Assembly: GCF_001194135.2 (NCBI RefSeq)
Contig: NC_068983.1
Span: 76,891,558-76,955,557 of the forward strand
Direction of reading: 5' to 3'
Length of the DNA: 64,000 nucleotides
Source of the DNA: Octopus bimaculoides
Lineage: Eukaryota
Below, piece after piece: positions 52,540 through 64,000 of the stretch. Both the position numbers and the translations under genes were made by a program. Under the pieces are notes generated by a model that saw only the letters and a list, made by a program, of their open reading frames with translations, was not told the origin of the DNA and did no database searches. Positions within the stretch are counted from its first letter, which is position 1; each line of letters opens with the position of its first letter.

Positions 52540-53642
52540 GTCATATTTATAATACAAAATGTACTGTCACTGCTTTCCTTTCAGACATTCAATTTTGGAG
52601 AGAAATATAGTTCCATTGCTTTTCAGAATTGCGGATCGTCATCTCCACATTTGTAAAAAAGGAAAAATTTTGAATTTTCCATCTCTGCATATTTCCAGAT
52701 GCTTACTTAATAGAATCTTGCGTAATTCTTCTTTTCGGGTATGTTGCCTGTGGATTCTTGCACGTTGGCAGAGGGAATTATTTGTTTCAGCAATGTAATT
52801 TCTTTTGCAGTTTGGGCAGGTAATGAAGTATAAGATGTTTTGCGTCTTGCAGTTCATATCTGCATTTATTTTTAAAAGGGATCCGCTATTGAATTTTATG
52901 TGCGAACCACTATCTAATCATTTGAAGTTGTTATTGTTGTTGCATTTTCCACATTACCATTCTCCAAATTCTTTTACTAAGAATTCTGATTCAATCTCTG
53001 ATTTGAATTCTGCCCTTGTAAGGTGTTTTTAACATTGTTTGATTGGCATCTACTATTCCGTAAGATGTTTTTTTTTTCAATCACATTTTTCATTTTAGGG
53101 GTTTATAGGAGTATAAATAACACTGCAAATAGTCAACACAGTATAAACTTGGACATGTTCCTCCCAACACAGACACACTTCATCAAGGGATTCTCTCCAA
53201 AATTCAATGTTTGAAGGTAAAGCAGAGAATTTGCATTTTTCATTACACATGTGGCTCATCTCTACATATGTTCAAGTATATATATATATATATGTAGTAT
53301 TGAGATGTTCTAGCTTTACATATTTGCATATATTNNNNNNNNNNNNNNNNNNNNNNNNNNNNNNNNNNNNNNNNNNNNNNNNNNNNNNNNNNNNNNNNNN
53401 NNNNNNNNNNNNNNNNNNNNNNNNNNNNNNNNNNNNNNNNNNNNNNNNNNNNNNNNNNNNNNNNNNNNNNNNNNNNNNNNNNNNNNNNNNNNNNNNNNNN
53501 NNNNTGTGTGTGTGTGTGTTTGTAAATATCATACTAATGTTTTTCACGCAGAATTACATTTCATCAAAAAATTCCCTCCAAAATTGAATGTTTGAAAGAA
53601 AAGGGGAGCCAGTACATTTTGTATTCTAAATATAACTCAAAG
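52540..53642. mobile_element. Penelope-like element relic: minus-strand ORF 3' part plus two inverted copies of the ORF end/pLTR (53165-53240, 53545-53642)
   Basis: The ORF terminus occurs three times: ELYFSPKLNV* (minus, ~52570-52605), HFIKGFSPKFNV* (plus) and ELHFIKKFPPKLNV* (plus). The downstream AGTACATTTTGTATT.TAAATAT.ACTCAAA is shared by the minus copy and the 53545 copy. Confidence 0.85.
52570..53110 (-). pseudogene. Penelope-like GIY-YIG endonuclease domain, disrupted
   Basis: LTRAEF...CGKC...MNCKTQNILYFITCPNCKRNYIAETNNSLCQRARIHRQH...LSKHLEICRDGKFKIFPF. Confidence 0.9.
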
Positions 53643-53902
53643 ACGAGAAAAAGAAAGAAAGACGAAAAAAGAAGGAGAGAGTAGAAAAGAGATAGAAAGA
53701 AAAGTGAAAAAAGAAGAGAAGAGAGAAATAAAGCAAAAAGACTTTCAGTAATGACCACGACTCTTGGCAATACAATGGTAAACAACTAACTAAATCAATA
53801 AAGAGGAAGAGGGATCCATTTTCTCCCTCTGCCTCTCTATACCTACCTACTTATATACATACATACATACCTATCTATCTATCTATCTATCTGTCTATCT
53901 AT

Positions 53903-54141
53903 ATTTCTTATTTCTTTATTGCCCACAAGGGGCTAAACATAGAGGGGACAAACAAGGGAAGACAAAGAGATTAAGTCGATTACATCTACCCCAGTGCGTA
54001 ACTGGTACTTAATTTATCGACTCCGAAATGATGAAAGGCAAAATCAACCTCGGCGGAATTTGAACCTAGAACATAACGGCAGACGAAATACCGCTAAGCA
54101 TTTCGCCCGGCGTGCTAACGTTTCTACCAGGTCACCGCCTT
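53903..54141 (-). mobile_element. Near-intact SINE copy
   Basis: Minus strand GGCGGTGACCTGGTAGAAACGTTAGCACGCCGGGCGAAATGCTTAGCGG...GGTTCAAATTCC..., ending GGGCAATAAAGAAATAAGAAAT. Four or five other copies are in the window. Confidence 0.9.
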
Positions 54142-55394
54142 TACCTATATTTGTATGTATTTATCTCCATTGTCATGGAACCTCAGCAAAAACAAAACAA
54201 AAAAAAAACAAAAAAAACAATGTTCTCTTCTTCGAGAGGAAAATCCTCCAAAACATCTGCTTTATATAAATGAACATGCTGTTTGTACATTCACAAAAGT
54301 TTATTTCAAAAGTTCGATGAACGAACGACAGCACTAATAATAATGAAGANNNNNNNNNNNNNNNNNNNNNNNNNNNNNNNNNNNNNNNNNNNNNNNNNNN
54401 NNNNNNNNNNNNNNNNNNNNNNNNNNNNNNNNNNNNNNNNNNNNNNNNNNNNNNNNNNNNNNNNNNNNNNNNNNNNNNNNNNNNNNNNNNNNNNNNNNNN
54501 NNNNNNNNNNNNNNNNNNNNNNNNNNNNNNNNNNNNNNNNNNNNNNNNNNNNNNNNNNNNNNNNNNNNNNNNNNNNNNNNNNNNNNNNNNNNNNNNNNNN
54601 NNNNNNNNNNNNNNNNNNNNNNNNNNNNNNNNNNNNNNNNNNNNNNNNNNNNNNNNNNNNNNNNNNNNNNNNNNNNNNNNNNNNNNNNNNNNNNNNNNNN
54701 NNNNNNNNNNNNNNNNNNNNNNNNNNNNNNNNNNNNNNNNNNNNNNNNNNNNNNNNNNNNNNNNNNNNNNNNNNNNNNNNNNNNNNNNNNNNNNNNNNNN
54801 NNNNNNNNNNNNNNNNNNNNNNNNNNNNNNNNNNNNNNNNNNNNNNNNNNNNNNNNNNNNNNNNNNNNNNNNNNNNNNNNNNNNNNNNNNNNNNNNNNNN
54901 NNNNNNNNNNNNNNNNNNNNNNNNNNNNNNNNNNNNNNNNNNNNNNNNNNNNNNNNNNNNNNNNNNNNNNNNNNNNNNNNNNNNNNNNNNNNNNNNNNNN
55001 NNNNNNNNNNNNNNNNNNNNNNNNNNNNNNNNNNNNNNNNNNNNNNNNNNNNNNNNNNNNNNNNNNNNNNNNNNNNNNNNNNNNNNNNNNNNNNNNNNNN
55101 NNNNNNNNNNNNNNNNNNNNNNNNNNNNNNNNNNNNNNNNNNNNNNNNNNNNNNNNNNNNNATATTTATATATTTGATCCTTTATATTGAACACTCAATA
55201 TTTCATCTACATTCAATACCCCACATTGGTTCTGCAGGAATATAAATAAAACATAAAAGACAGACAGTGTTGGAACTCTTTTAAACAAAATAATATATTC
55301 CTCTATACACAATCATACAAATAAACCACCTTTTTTGTATTTATTTTTACTCGCATATATATATATATATATATATATAGTCAATTTCAACATG

Positions 55395-55640
55395 AACAAG
55401 CAAGAAAAAACATGGCAAAACCCGAAAAAACAACGTGAGGACGTAGAATAAGCACAGTGCTATTGTACGCTCAGGCAAGGAAAGAAAAGAAAGAGGGATT
55501 TAACGTTTCGATCGGAGATCTTCGTCAGAAATATAGGAGGAGTCCAAAGAAGAGAAGACAGAGAAAGAAAATCGCCAACGATGCACACGCGGTCACATAT
55601 TGGAATGACCGGAAGGGAAAGGGTGGAGAAAAAATTATTT
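55395..55640 (-). repeat. Purine-rich (plus strand) repeat carrying a minimal hammerhead motif
   Basis: Resembles a high-copy octopus repeat that I recall (...TTTAACGTTTCGAGCGGAGCTCTTCGTCGG...). Boundaries are approximate. Confidence 0.5.
55497..55532 (-). ncRNA. Minimal type I hammerhead motif
   Basis: ATTT-CTGACGA-A-GATC-TCC-GATC-GAAA-CG-TT|AAAT. Helix I 4 bp, helix II 4 bp, palindromic ACGT helix III, GUU site. Confidence 0.55.
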
Positions 55641-57267
55641 TCAAAGACAGGAAAGTGCAAGAGAAGGAGGTATGTGTATGTGTGTGTAATGGTAGAAGGT
55701 GTGTGTGTGCAATGATAGCAGGTGTGTGTGTATGTGTGTGTGTGTGTGTGTAGTTGTGGTTGTTTATGTATGTGTGTGGTTGGACATAGTATCGTTAAGG
55801 TCATAGGAATAATTTTATATATATATATATATATATCGGCAGACATTATAGGTAACAGTATACGTAATATACTATTACAATAAATACACTGCGTATAGAA
55901 ACTTCTCATTAATATTTATATATTACATAGTGCTGCGTTTCATATTTTACACCCAGCCTTGTTAACTTAGCAGTAACATCCAGATGGACTCGTTTGCATT
56001 GTATACGGTTTACTGTATTAATTGGTTTTGTTAAGGCCTTAGTAATAATGCTACCGGGATCATTGTATTGTTAGACAGTATGTAGTTGCTTCATAAATTC
56101 CATAACTTGATAGAATTTATTTCCTGATATCATTTTCTTTTTGTTGTTCAATCGAAAATATTTATAAAGATAATGTGTTTACGTCCACGTATTGCATCTG
56201 GCACTGGTTACCATTTGTAGGCATGTTCTATAGTACAAATAGATATTGCTGACACATGATTAATAAGGCTTGTCAATTTTTACGTAGATTTTGTTTTACC
56301 TTGATTAGCGCTGACTGACAGGAAATATTTCCAATCAATGGTATATTTACCACACATAATACCGATCATCTGCATCCGCCACTGTTAATACTATACACAT
56401 TTATTATCATTATCTGGAATGACACTCACCTTGTAAACATAATATAATAGCATCAAGGGATTTAATAGTTATGCCTGCTTTTAGTGGGTAAATGTATACA
56501 TTACGGGCGCTATGAATTTGAAACTCATTCAATAAGCCTTTTTCATAGGTAGATTTTCTTTCGGTTAAAATAAATTTTTATATGCAATGTAACAGACATG
56601 TCAGTGTTTGTGTACAATGAATGATGCAGCAATGTCTGTTATTTAGTCATGAAAGATCGGATTAAATGTATTTGATATAATGGTAAAATGTAGTGACTAT
56701 GAATGATATGAGTATGACAGATATTTCACTTATGTTAATGAGTTTTATGATAGGTCATATATTATGTCTTCCGATGATGCTTGTCGCAATACAAAAAGCC
56801 TATTTCATGTGTGATAATTGAATTTTATTGATTTAGTCGCAGATTTTGATGTAGTTAATGTAGGTTTGAACAATAGTGCACATGCGACTGCCATGCTATC
56901 TATGCATTCGCCAGAGATATTTTTTAGTTATAAATCTGTAGTAAGGTCATAGAAATATAGGTTAAAAGGAGTTAGATACGCAAATTATTTCCACTGTTTC
57001 ATAGACAGATTTGCGATTAAGCAATATTTTTACTGTTGCATATTACATTGGTTTCTTAATGTGCATGCTTGCTTGTTATTTTGATGCGATAAAGTGTCTA
57101 ATACATTCGAATATTTCACTGATATTAAAGTAGCTATGATTGCTCATTTGGAATGAACAATTTTTGATGCAGCCATGTATATTTTGAATGATATTTGTTT
57201 GCGATGTAGGATAAATGAGTGGTGGGATAAATTTGTTCTGTAAATTGTGCAGAGAAATGTGCAAATA

Positions 57268-57423
57268 GGCGCACGTGCGGATGTATATTGAGAAGTTTAA
57301 TTTTTGAAGACGTGGTTCAGTCCCAGTGCGTGGCACATTGAGCAGTCAATTTCAACTATAATCTTGAGCTGACGAAACTATTGAGATGGATTTAGTAGAC
57401 GGTAACTGAAAGAAGTCTGTCGC

Positions 57424-57477
<54 letters not shown>

Positions 57478-58148
57478 NNNNNNNNNNNNNNNNNNNNNNN
57501 NNNNNNNNNNNNNNNNNNNNNNNNNNNNNNNNNNNNNNNNNNNNNNNNNNNNNNNNNNNNNNNNNNNNNNNNNNNNNNNNNNNNNNNNNNNNNNNNNNNN
57601 NNNNNNNNNNNNNNNNNNNNNNNNNNNNNNNNNNNNNNNNNNNNNNNNNNNNNNNNNNNNNNNNNNNNNNNNNNNNNNNNNNNNNNNNNNNNNNNNNNNN
57701 NNNNNNNNNNNNNNNNNNNNNNNNNNNNNNNNNNNNNNNNNNNNNNNNNNNNNNNNNNNNNNNNNNNNNNNNNNNNNNNNNNNNNNNNNNNNNNNNNNNN
57801 NNNNNNNNNNNNNNNNNNNNNNNNNNNNNNNNNNNNNNNNNNNNNNNNNNNNNNNNNNNNNNNNNNNNNNNNNNNNNNNNNNNNNNNNNNNNNNNNNNNN
57901 NNNNNNNNNNNNNNNNNNNNNNNNNNNNNNNNNNNNNNNNNNNNNNNNNNNNNNNNNNNNNNNNNNNNNNNNNNNNNNNNNNNNNNNNNNNNNNNNNNNN
58001 NNNNNNNNNNNNNNNNNNNNNNNNNNNNNNNNNNNNNNNNNNNNNNNNNNNNNNNNNNNNNNNNNNNNNNNNNNNNNNNNNNNNNNNNNNNNNNNNNNNN
58101 NNNNNNNNNNNNNNNNNNNNNNNNNNNNNNNNNNNNNNNNNNNNNNNN

Positions 58149-58188
<40 letters not shown>

Positions 58189-58394
58189 GTGTGTGTGGGT
58201 GTGTGGGTGTGTGTGTGTGTGCGTGCGAGAGAGAGAAAGATAGAGACTGTCGCTCGTCACCTCTTTTCAAACGGTGTTGCTGCGTGTACATCTCCGTAAG
58301 CCATGTAGTACTGGTGATGATTCATTTGACAAAATGTACTTCAAGGTGGTGCCCCAGAATGGCCACAGTCTAATGACTGGATCAAGTAAAAGAT
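57268..58394 (+). mobile_element. tRNA-derived SINE split by an internal (AT)n-gap-(GT)n(GA)n microsatellite
   Basis: 5' part GGTTCAGTCCCAGTGCGTGGCAC...TAGACGGTAACTGAAAGAAGTCTGTCG; 3' part GGTGGTGCCCCAGAATGGCCACAGTCTAATGACTG..CAAGTAAAAGA. Joining the two halves relies on the family consensus that I recall. Confidence 0.7.
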
Positions 58395-60564
58395 GAAACC
58401 GCTAATGTTTAGCATACCGTGTATGAGCTTTGTCAATATGCATATAGAACATTGTAGGAATTGGTTTTATTTAAGATTTCTCTTGAAATTTAAAGATGAA
58501 ATGATTTTAAACATCTTTCAGATTAAGATTTGCTTGTGAGGATAAAAATGAACAGATTCGCTATGTGATGTTTAAAAATATGCCTGTAATTTTGTTGGTA
58601 CAAGATGCATTTTGCTTTAAGATGTCAATGGAGAATCTCTCGAGGCTGAAGACAGTGTCAATTCTTTGATTTCTATCTAATCTTATCTTATGTGAACTGT
58701 TTATATAATATTTTGTATTTTAATTTCAAAATGTGTTTCGTGAGTTACTTTCGATTTTGGATTTTGTGCAGGATCATCGAAATAAACTGGAATATAGTTA
58801 TGGAATACAGAGGTTGTCAGATTTTTCATTTTAAATTATTTATAGTATATTCGGATCAATGAGAAAGACATGGTCATAAGAGAAGTTTGATTGCATTTCT
58901 AATTAGATTTCTAATTAGTTAATGATGTTCAAATATTTTCAAAGAATATGGAGATAACTTGCATTATTATTAATAAACATTATATACAACAATGGGTATA
59001 AAACATTTATATTTCGTATCTGCTCCACGCTTTAATCAACAATTATATAACTGAGAATAAAAAGAGATAATCAAGTCAGTGTCTCACCCCAAGTGCCGAT
59101 AGTTATGCTCGTTTGAAAATGCTGATTGTAAAAGTAATATCCGAATAAAATCTACCTTGTTTCGATTTGTCTTTTCGTTTTTAATTAAAATATTAGGGAA
59201 TTTTTTTTTGTCAGCATTATCTTTTATCATAAATAACATCATTGTTCCTCTTTAACCCTGAAATTATTCAGTTATACTTCACACGCAAAATTGAAATGAG
59301 TTAATATAAATATGTATGTCCCTTTATGTTATGAGATGTGTCAGGAACCAAAGTTAGTAGAAGATCAAAATTCAGTAATCAATTTGATAAGAATAGATTT
59401 GTGCCAATCTGTTATGTGTTCCTCACTTTGGAGCGTCCTACAGGTTGGACCGGAATATATAAGTTAGCTGGTTTCTAACAAATTATATAATTGAGTATTC
59501 ATATTACTTTTCTAAAACCAGCTCCAATCTGAATTTAATCTTTAATATATTTACTTCCGTACCTAATATACTGAAACCATAATATTATTTCCCTTTAACG
59601 ACACCTTTCAAGTATTTTTTAATAGTTCACATACATTCTATATCTCATGTCTTTATTTGTAAAATTGCAGATACTTGGTTGATAGAATCGAATAAATAAC
59701 TAAAGAAGCACATAACTCCCCTCGCTTTCTTGGGTGTAGTTAGTACTAGTCCACTAGAGAGTAGTGAGAGGAAGACTCGATCACTCGAAAAATACATGTA
59801 TTGTAAAAATAAAGTGTGAAGCTGGACAAAAGTCAGACTTTCTCTGATCAATAAGACAAAATGTCATTTTATACATTTACTTCAATAAGTTTTCAAATCA
59901 CTGTTCATTGATTTTACGCGGACAAGAAGCGTTCTGCTAAATGTCTATCAGTTTACGTTGGTGTGTGTGAAAAGATAGCATGTCTATTGTCTCCTGGTTC
60001 TTCACAGTTTAATTATCACGGACGTTTAAGAATAAGAATATATTATTGAAATCCACTCCCGATACTCAAAATGCGCAATCAGCATTTTATGTTTTGTGTA
60101 AATATGCATACAAAGTTAATGATAACATTGTGACTGTTTTCATTTGTGTAGTTAGAATAGTCTGAACTTGTAAAAACTATGTTTGTATTCAAATGCATGT
60201 TCTTCAAGCAGAGAAATATTTCTGATACAAAAATTATGTTATTTAAAAGCACATTTTGGAGCCGAATGTGAGTCAGTGTTTAGAAATGAGAATTAGAGAT
60301 AAATCTACGATCGAAGTTCAGCTGAATAATTCAGTATTAATTTCACGAATTCACAAGGATAAACTCCCTATCCATTCATAAGGCATATATATCATAATCC
60401 CTAGCAGTGTATTATGTACAACCAGCATGCAGATTTATATAATGCCAAAACACCGTCAGCAATGGTTTTATTTTCAACGCTACAGTTATTGTAGTTATGA
60501 ATCAAAGTTATGTCTCTAATACACATCTAACCTAATCTTTTTGCACACAGATACATTTGTTTTT

Positions 60565-60620
<56 letters not shown>

Positions 60621-63329
60621 TATGATATCCAAGATGCAAACAAAAGAATTTCTGATGATTCCGTCATGTGATAATAAATTTGTTTTATAGAGGTGGAAGA
60701 AGGTTTACTTGGGAAAATACATTCTTTAAAAAATTATATTATATTCGCTATTGATATTCCTGCAGCAGTGCACTGAAGTGATCAAATTCTTTCTCTGGAA
60801 AATAATACGTTTCTGCAGAGCAATAAATCATATTACATAGGTCAGAACATAATATTTTGCCATGGAAAAGAGAAGTAGAATCAACTTTGGCCAGAAGCAA
60901 TTAGATGTTAACAGATAAATAGAAAGAACCTGCATTTTGACATCATATAACGTAAAGCCTCAAAAGCTTTAGCTTGCATCATACAAGTGTAACATGCGAT
61001 TTGACAAAAGTATACATCACAAATACACTCTTTTCATAGAAGGAAAAAGAAATGGAGATAAAGTGACTGAGTGGCTGAAATTCACTTGTTCTAAGTTTAT
61101 ACTGCTATGTGTTGTGATAGTCAGTGTTAATAAATATGCGGATTGTATATATAAGAAAGTTGATTAAAATGAACGCCATTCCATGTTCGATACTTCTAAT
61201 TTCAGCAGTGCTTTGACCCTGTGCTAAAAGTTTGGCTTGAAATTTAATAGTCAGAAATAGTACAGGAGCCAGCCACCTCGCTAAACTGCTAACAATGTAG
61301 TAATTATTGTTTCGATTAAGTATTCTGCAAACCAGTTTAACGACACAAACTGTTAATGTGTTCTTGTAGTGCCTTCCACTACTTAACCGAATTTCAGGCC
61401 AGGTATTTCAGTTCAAGATATATTTCAAAATTTCCCATGAGCAGCCTTGTATACCTAGGTAATTGTCGCGAATGTTACAAGTACACCATATGTCTCAGTT
61501 GTGAATAATGAATATTAATATTTAAGCATGAATTCTATAATGATATTCTAACAAACATTAGAGAACGCAACCTGCATAGACTGAATACTGGGAAAGGCTC
61601 TGGTGAACTATATAGGTAAGATGTTTTTAATATTCTTGATATAAATATGCGTACTATCTTTAGTTGTTTTTTGATGTTGGTCACAATAAACAAATTGTCC
61701 ATCCGTTTCCACTTAATTTATTTCTAAGATGATAATTCCCTGTACATTTGCTTGCAAAATGGCTTCTCCACTCTTCGAATACTGGAAACAAATAGTCCTT
61801 ATAAAAGTAAATCAAGAAACATTAAATAAGAATAAAAGAGTTAAAATAATATAACCCCATAGACATAATTTGATAAATGGTTCAAAATGGAATTCGTGAA
61901 ATGTGTTCATTTTGTTTCTTTCATACGAAGTGATGTGTGGCTAAGGAAAGACAGAAGCAGTACAAATGACCACAGTTATAGTGACATCATATTTTAATGT
62001 CTTAGAAATACCCTCACGTGTAGAAGATCTCATACAATAAAACAGCAAAATATTATGTGCGGTAATAAAAGAAATCATACTTTGACTAATTTTGATTTAA
62101 TGTATTCTTTTAAGCTGCAAGTTCTACATCAGTTATTAGGATGTTCGGAAATTCTAAGCGTTTATTTCAGGATGCTAAATGGGGTATACTTCATGAAGCG
62201 TACTTTTAGAAACTTCCAAATCTTGGGCAATTCTCTAGACGTGATATTTGTGTTTTTCTCTGATTTTCGCCTTTAAAATATCTTCATCCAACAATATTAA
62301 ATGTCTTCCACTGCGACAGTCATCTTTCAAGCTTAATTCTCCAGCTTTAAATTTTGCAAACCAACTTTGAGCGGTTGATGCACCTACAGCATCATCACTA
62401 TTAACATTGAAAATGTTTTTGCAGACCTGTGCAGCATTTTGGCCTTCTTTTCTCTTAAGAAAGGCATTACAATGCGAAAATAAAAGTTGGGTTTTTCCAA
62501 TTCAAATGTCAACAAGTATTAACCGGAATGAGTTGGGTTACCAATTATTTTTGTTGGTAGTTAATTTATAATANNNNNNNNNNNNNNNNNNNNTATATAT
62601 ATATATATATGTATGTATGTATGTGTGTGTGTGTATGTGTATAAGTGTATATGTTCGCTTTTGTGTGCGTATGCATATATGTGTATTTATATATGAATGT
62701 ATATGCATATATATATGTATGTATATGTATGTGTGTGCGTGTACGATTTCCTCATTTTCTTCTACCTCCCTATCGACAGAAGCATCTTATAAGATAGGTA
62801 GGCTTTCTTTTCTTTTTGAAATTTTAATTTTAATTTTGAAATGTAATTCTTAATCCTTTGTCTCGTATCATTTAATTGCTATTAACCTTGAAATATAATT
62901 CGAAATATCTGTATTACCCACCACAATATTGTCCTTTGTTACTGAAAATTTAACGTTTGACCTCTCACTCTGATGTAATACTGACGCATATCTATCATTA
63001 CTCTTACTGGTATTTTAATCTTATTTTTATTCTTATTTTTACTCCTTTACCCCTATCCTATCTTTATTCCATTTCACTTCTCGCTCTCTCTTTTTCCTCT
63101 GTCTCCCATATATATGCACTCACAAAACCCATTTATGATAGTTCTATCATTACGTTTACTTTATTTCTCATATCTTATCTTTTATATTTTTCTTCTGAAT
63201 TATGTCCTCTGAAAGCAACTTGTCTGTTTCGTGCTTAATAAACTATGCTACTCTAGCACTGCGTCTCTAGAACTGCATTTTGAAGTTATTGCGATTGGTT
63301 TGTGCTTAGATGTCTTAATGCCTGGAAGT

Positions 63330-64000
63330 AGTTCATACGCAATGCGTTTGAGGCTTGATGTGGATATGCAAATTCACACAAGTTCGTGTGTGCCCTTCAC
63401 AACAATTGTGACTACGGAGTGCTCACTGGGGATATAGATTCTGATGATGATTGGGGCTACGAAGAGGTCGGCCACGAGAGAATTAATCTTATAAGTGTTA
63501 TTTCCCAGTTTGCTACTGAAATTGTCTTCAATTTTCATTACTGAGTTGTGGGCTAGTCTAAATTGTTTCTGGGTTGGTATGATCGCATTGTAATCTCCCA
63601 TCTGCAAGAAGCTTCGCTTCTCTAACTTTCCTGTCAGCAACCCTCTCTTGAAGGGCCTATTCATTATTGTCCTAAATATTAACGGGTACTAGACGCCCTG
63701 TTCCGTTTTTGTGACTGTTAAAAGGCTCCATTACAACTGCTATTTTTGGTGGGTTTTGTTTGTTTCTTGGTTACTTTTTAAAAAGCCAGACCTTCCAGTG
63801 GCCTTTCTTGTGACACCTTCTGCAAGTAGAGTTCGTCGTTGGGCGTTGAATTTCTTATGGATGTCTCCAATGCACCAGAAGCATGCCGATCTCGCGACTG
63901 CAAAAAGGAGTGATTGATCGCTACTGGCTGGGTCTTGCCATAGGCGGCTAATGTTCTCAGTAGCCATCTCCATGATTTGAGCAAGCTTTAGAGCGTCTCT
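63330..64000 (-). mobile_element. Decayed 3' end of a non-LTR retrotransposon (RTE-like)
   Basis: Frameshifted fragments such as WQDPASSDQSLLFAVARS and FNAQRRTLLAE..RK resemble the RTE C-terminal W.xLAxDRxxWR...F...R region. Confidence 0.4.

Noticed and set aside
1008-58291. Long ORFs spanning N-gaps and (AT)n/(CA)n/(GT)n tracts (poly-IY, HT, CV, X)
   Set aside because: Artefacts of stop-free simple repeats and gaps.
1-64000. CRISPR array, rRNA genes, prokaryotic operons
   Set aside because: No regularly spaced repeat-spacer array and no rRNA-like sequence; the DNA is eukaryotic and repeat-rich.

Overview
AT-rich, microsatellite-dense eukaryotic DNA from a draft assembly, with 11 N-gaps totalling about 3.6 kb, most flanked by (AT)n or (CA)n. 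The SINE and repeat families match what I recall from Octopus genomes; this taxon call is an inference, not a search result. I find no intact protein-coding gene. Nearly all ORFs in the supplied track are microsatellite, gap or transposon-relic artefacts, and only a few weak splice-bounded exon candidates remain. The window is a patchwork of decayed mobile DNA: three mariner relics, two maT/DD37D relics, a piggyBac-like relic, a Sola-like relic, a Gypsy gag-pol relic, an RTE-like LINE tail, a Helitron end with a nearby PIF1-like relic, several tRNA-derived SINE families, and two Penelope-like (PLE) GIY-YIG relics. The main discovery is a set of four or five unrelated repeat families that each carry a type I hammerhead-ribozyme-like motif ((C/U)UGANGA...GAAA...NUH). 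The clearest is a ~340-bp monomer arranged as a tandem-plus-inverted foldback at 8.7-9.65 kb. Its motif has a perfect 6-bp helix I, a palindromic helix III and a GUC site, but a non-canonical U3 core, and it resembles a retrozyme or PLE pseudo-LTR. All four large inverted structures share the same 3'-ends-outward polarity. All folds were worked out by eye and ribozyme activity is untested.
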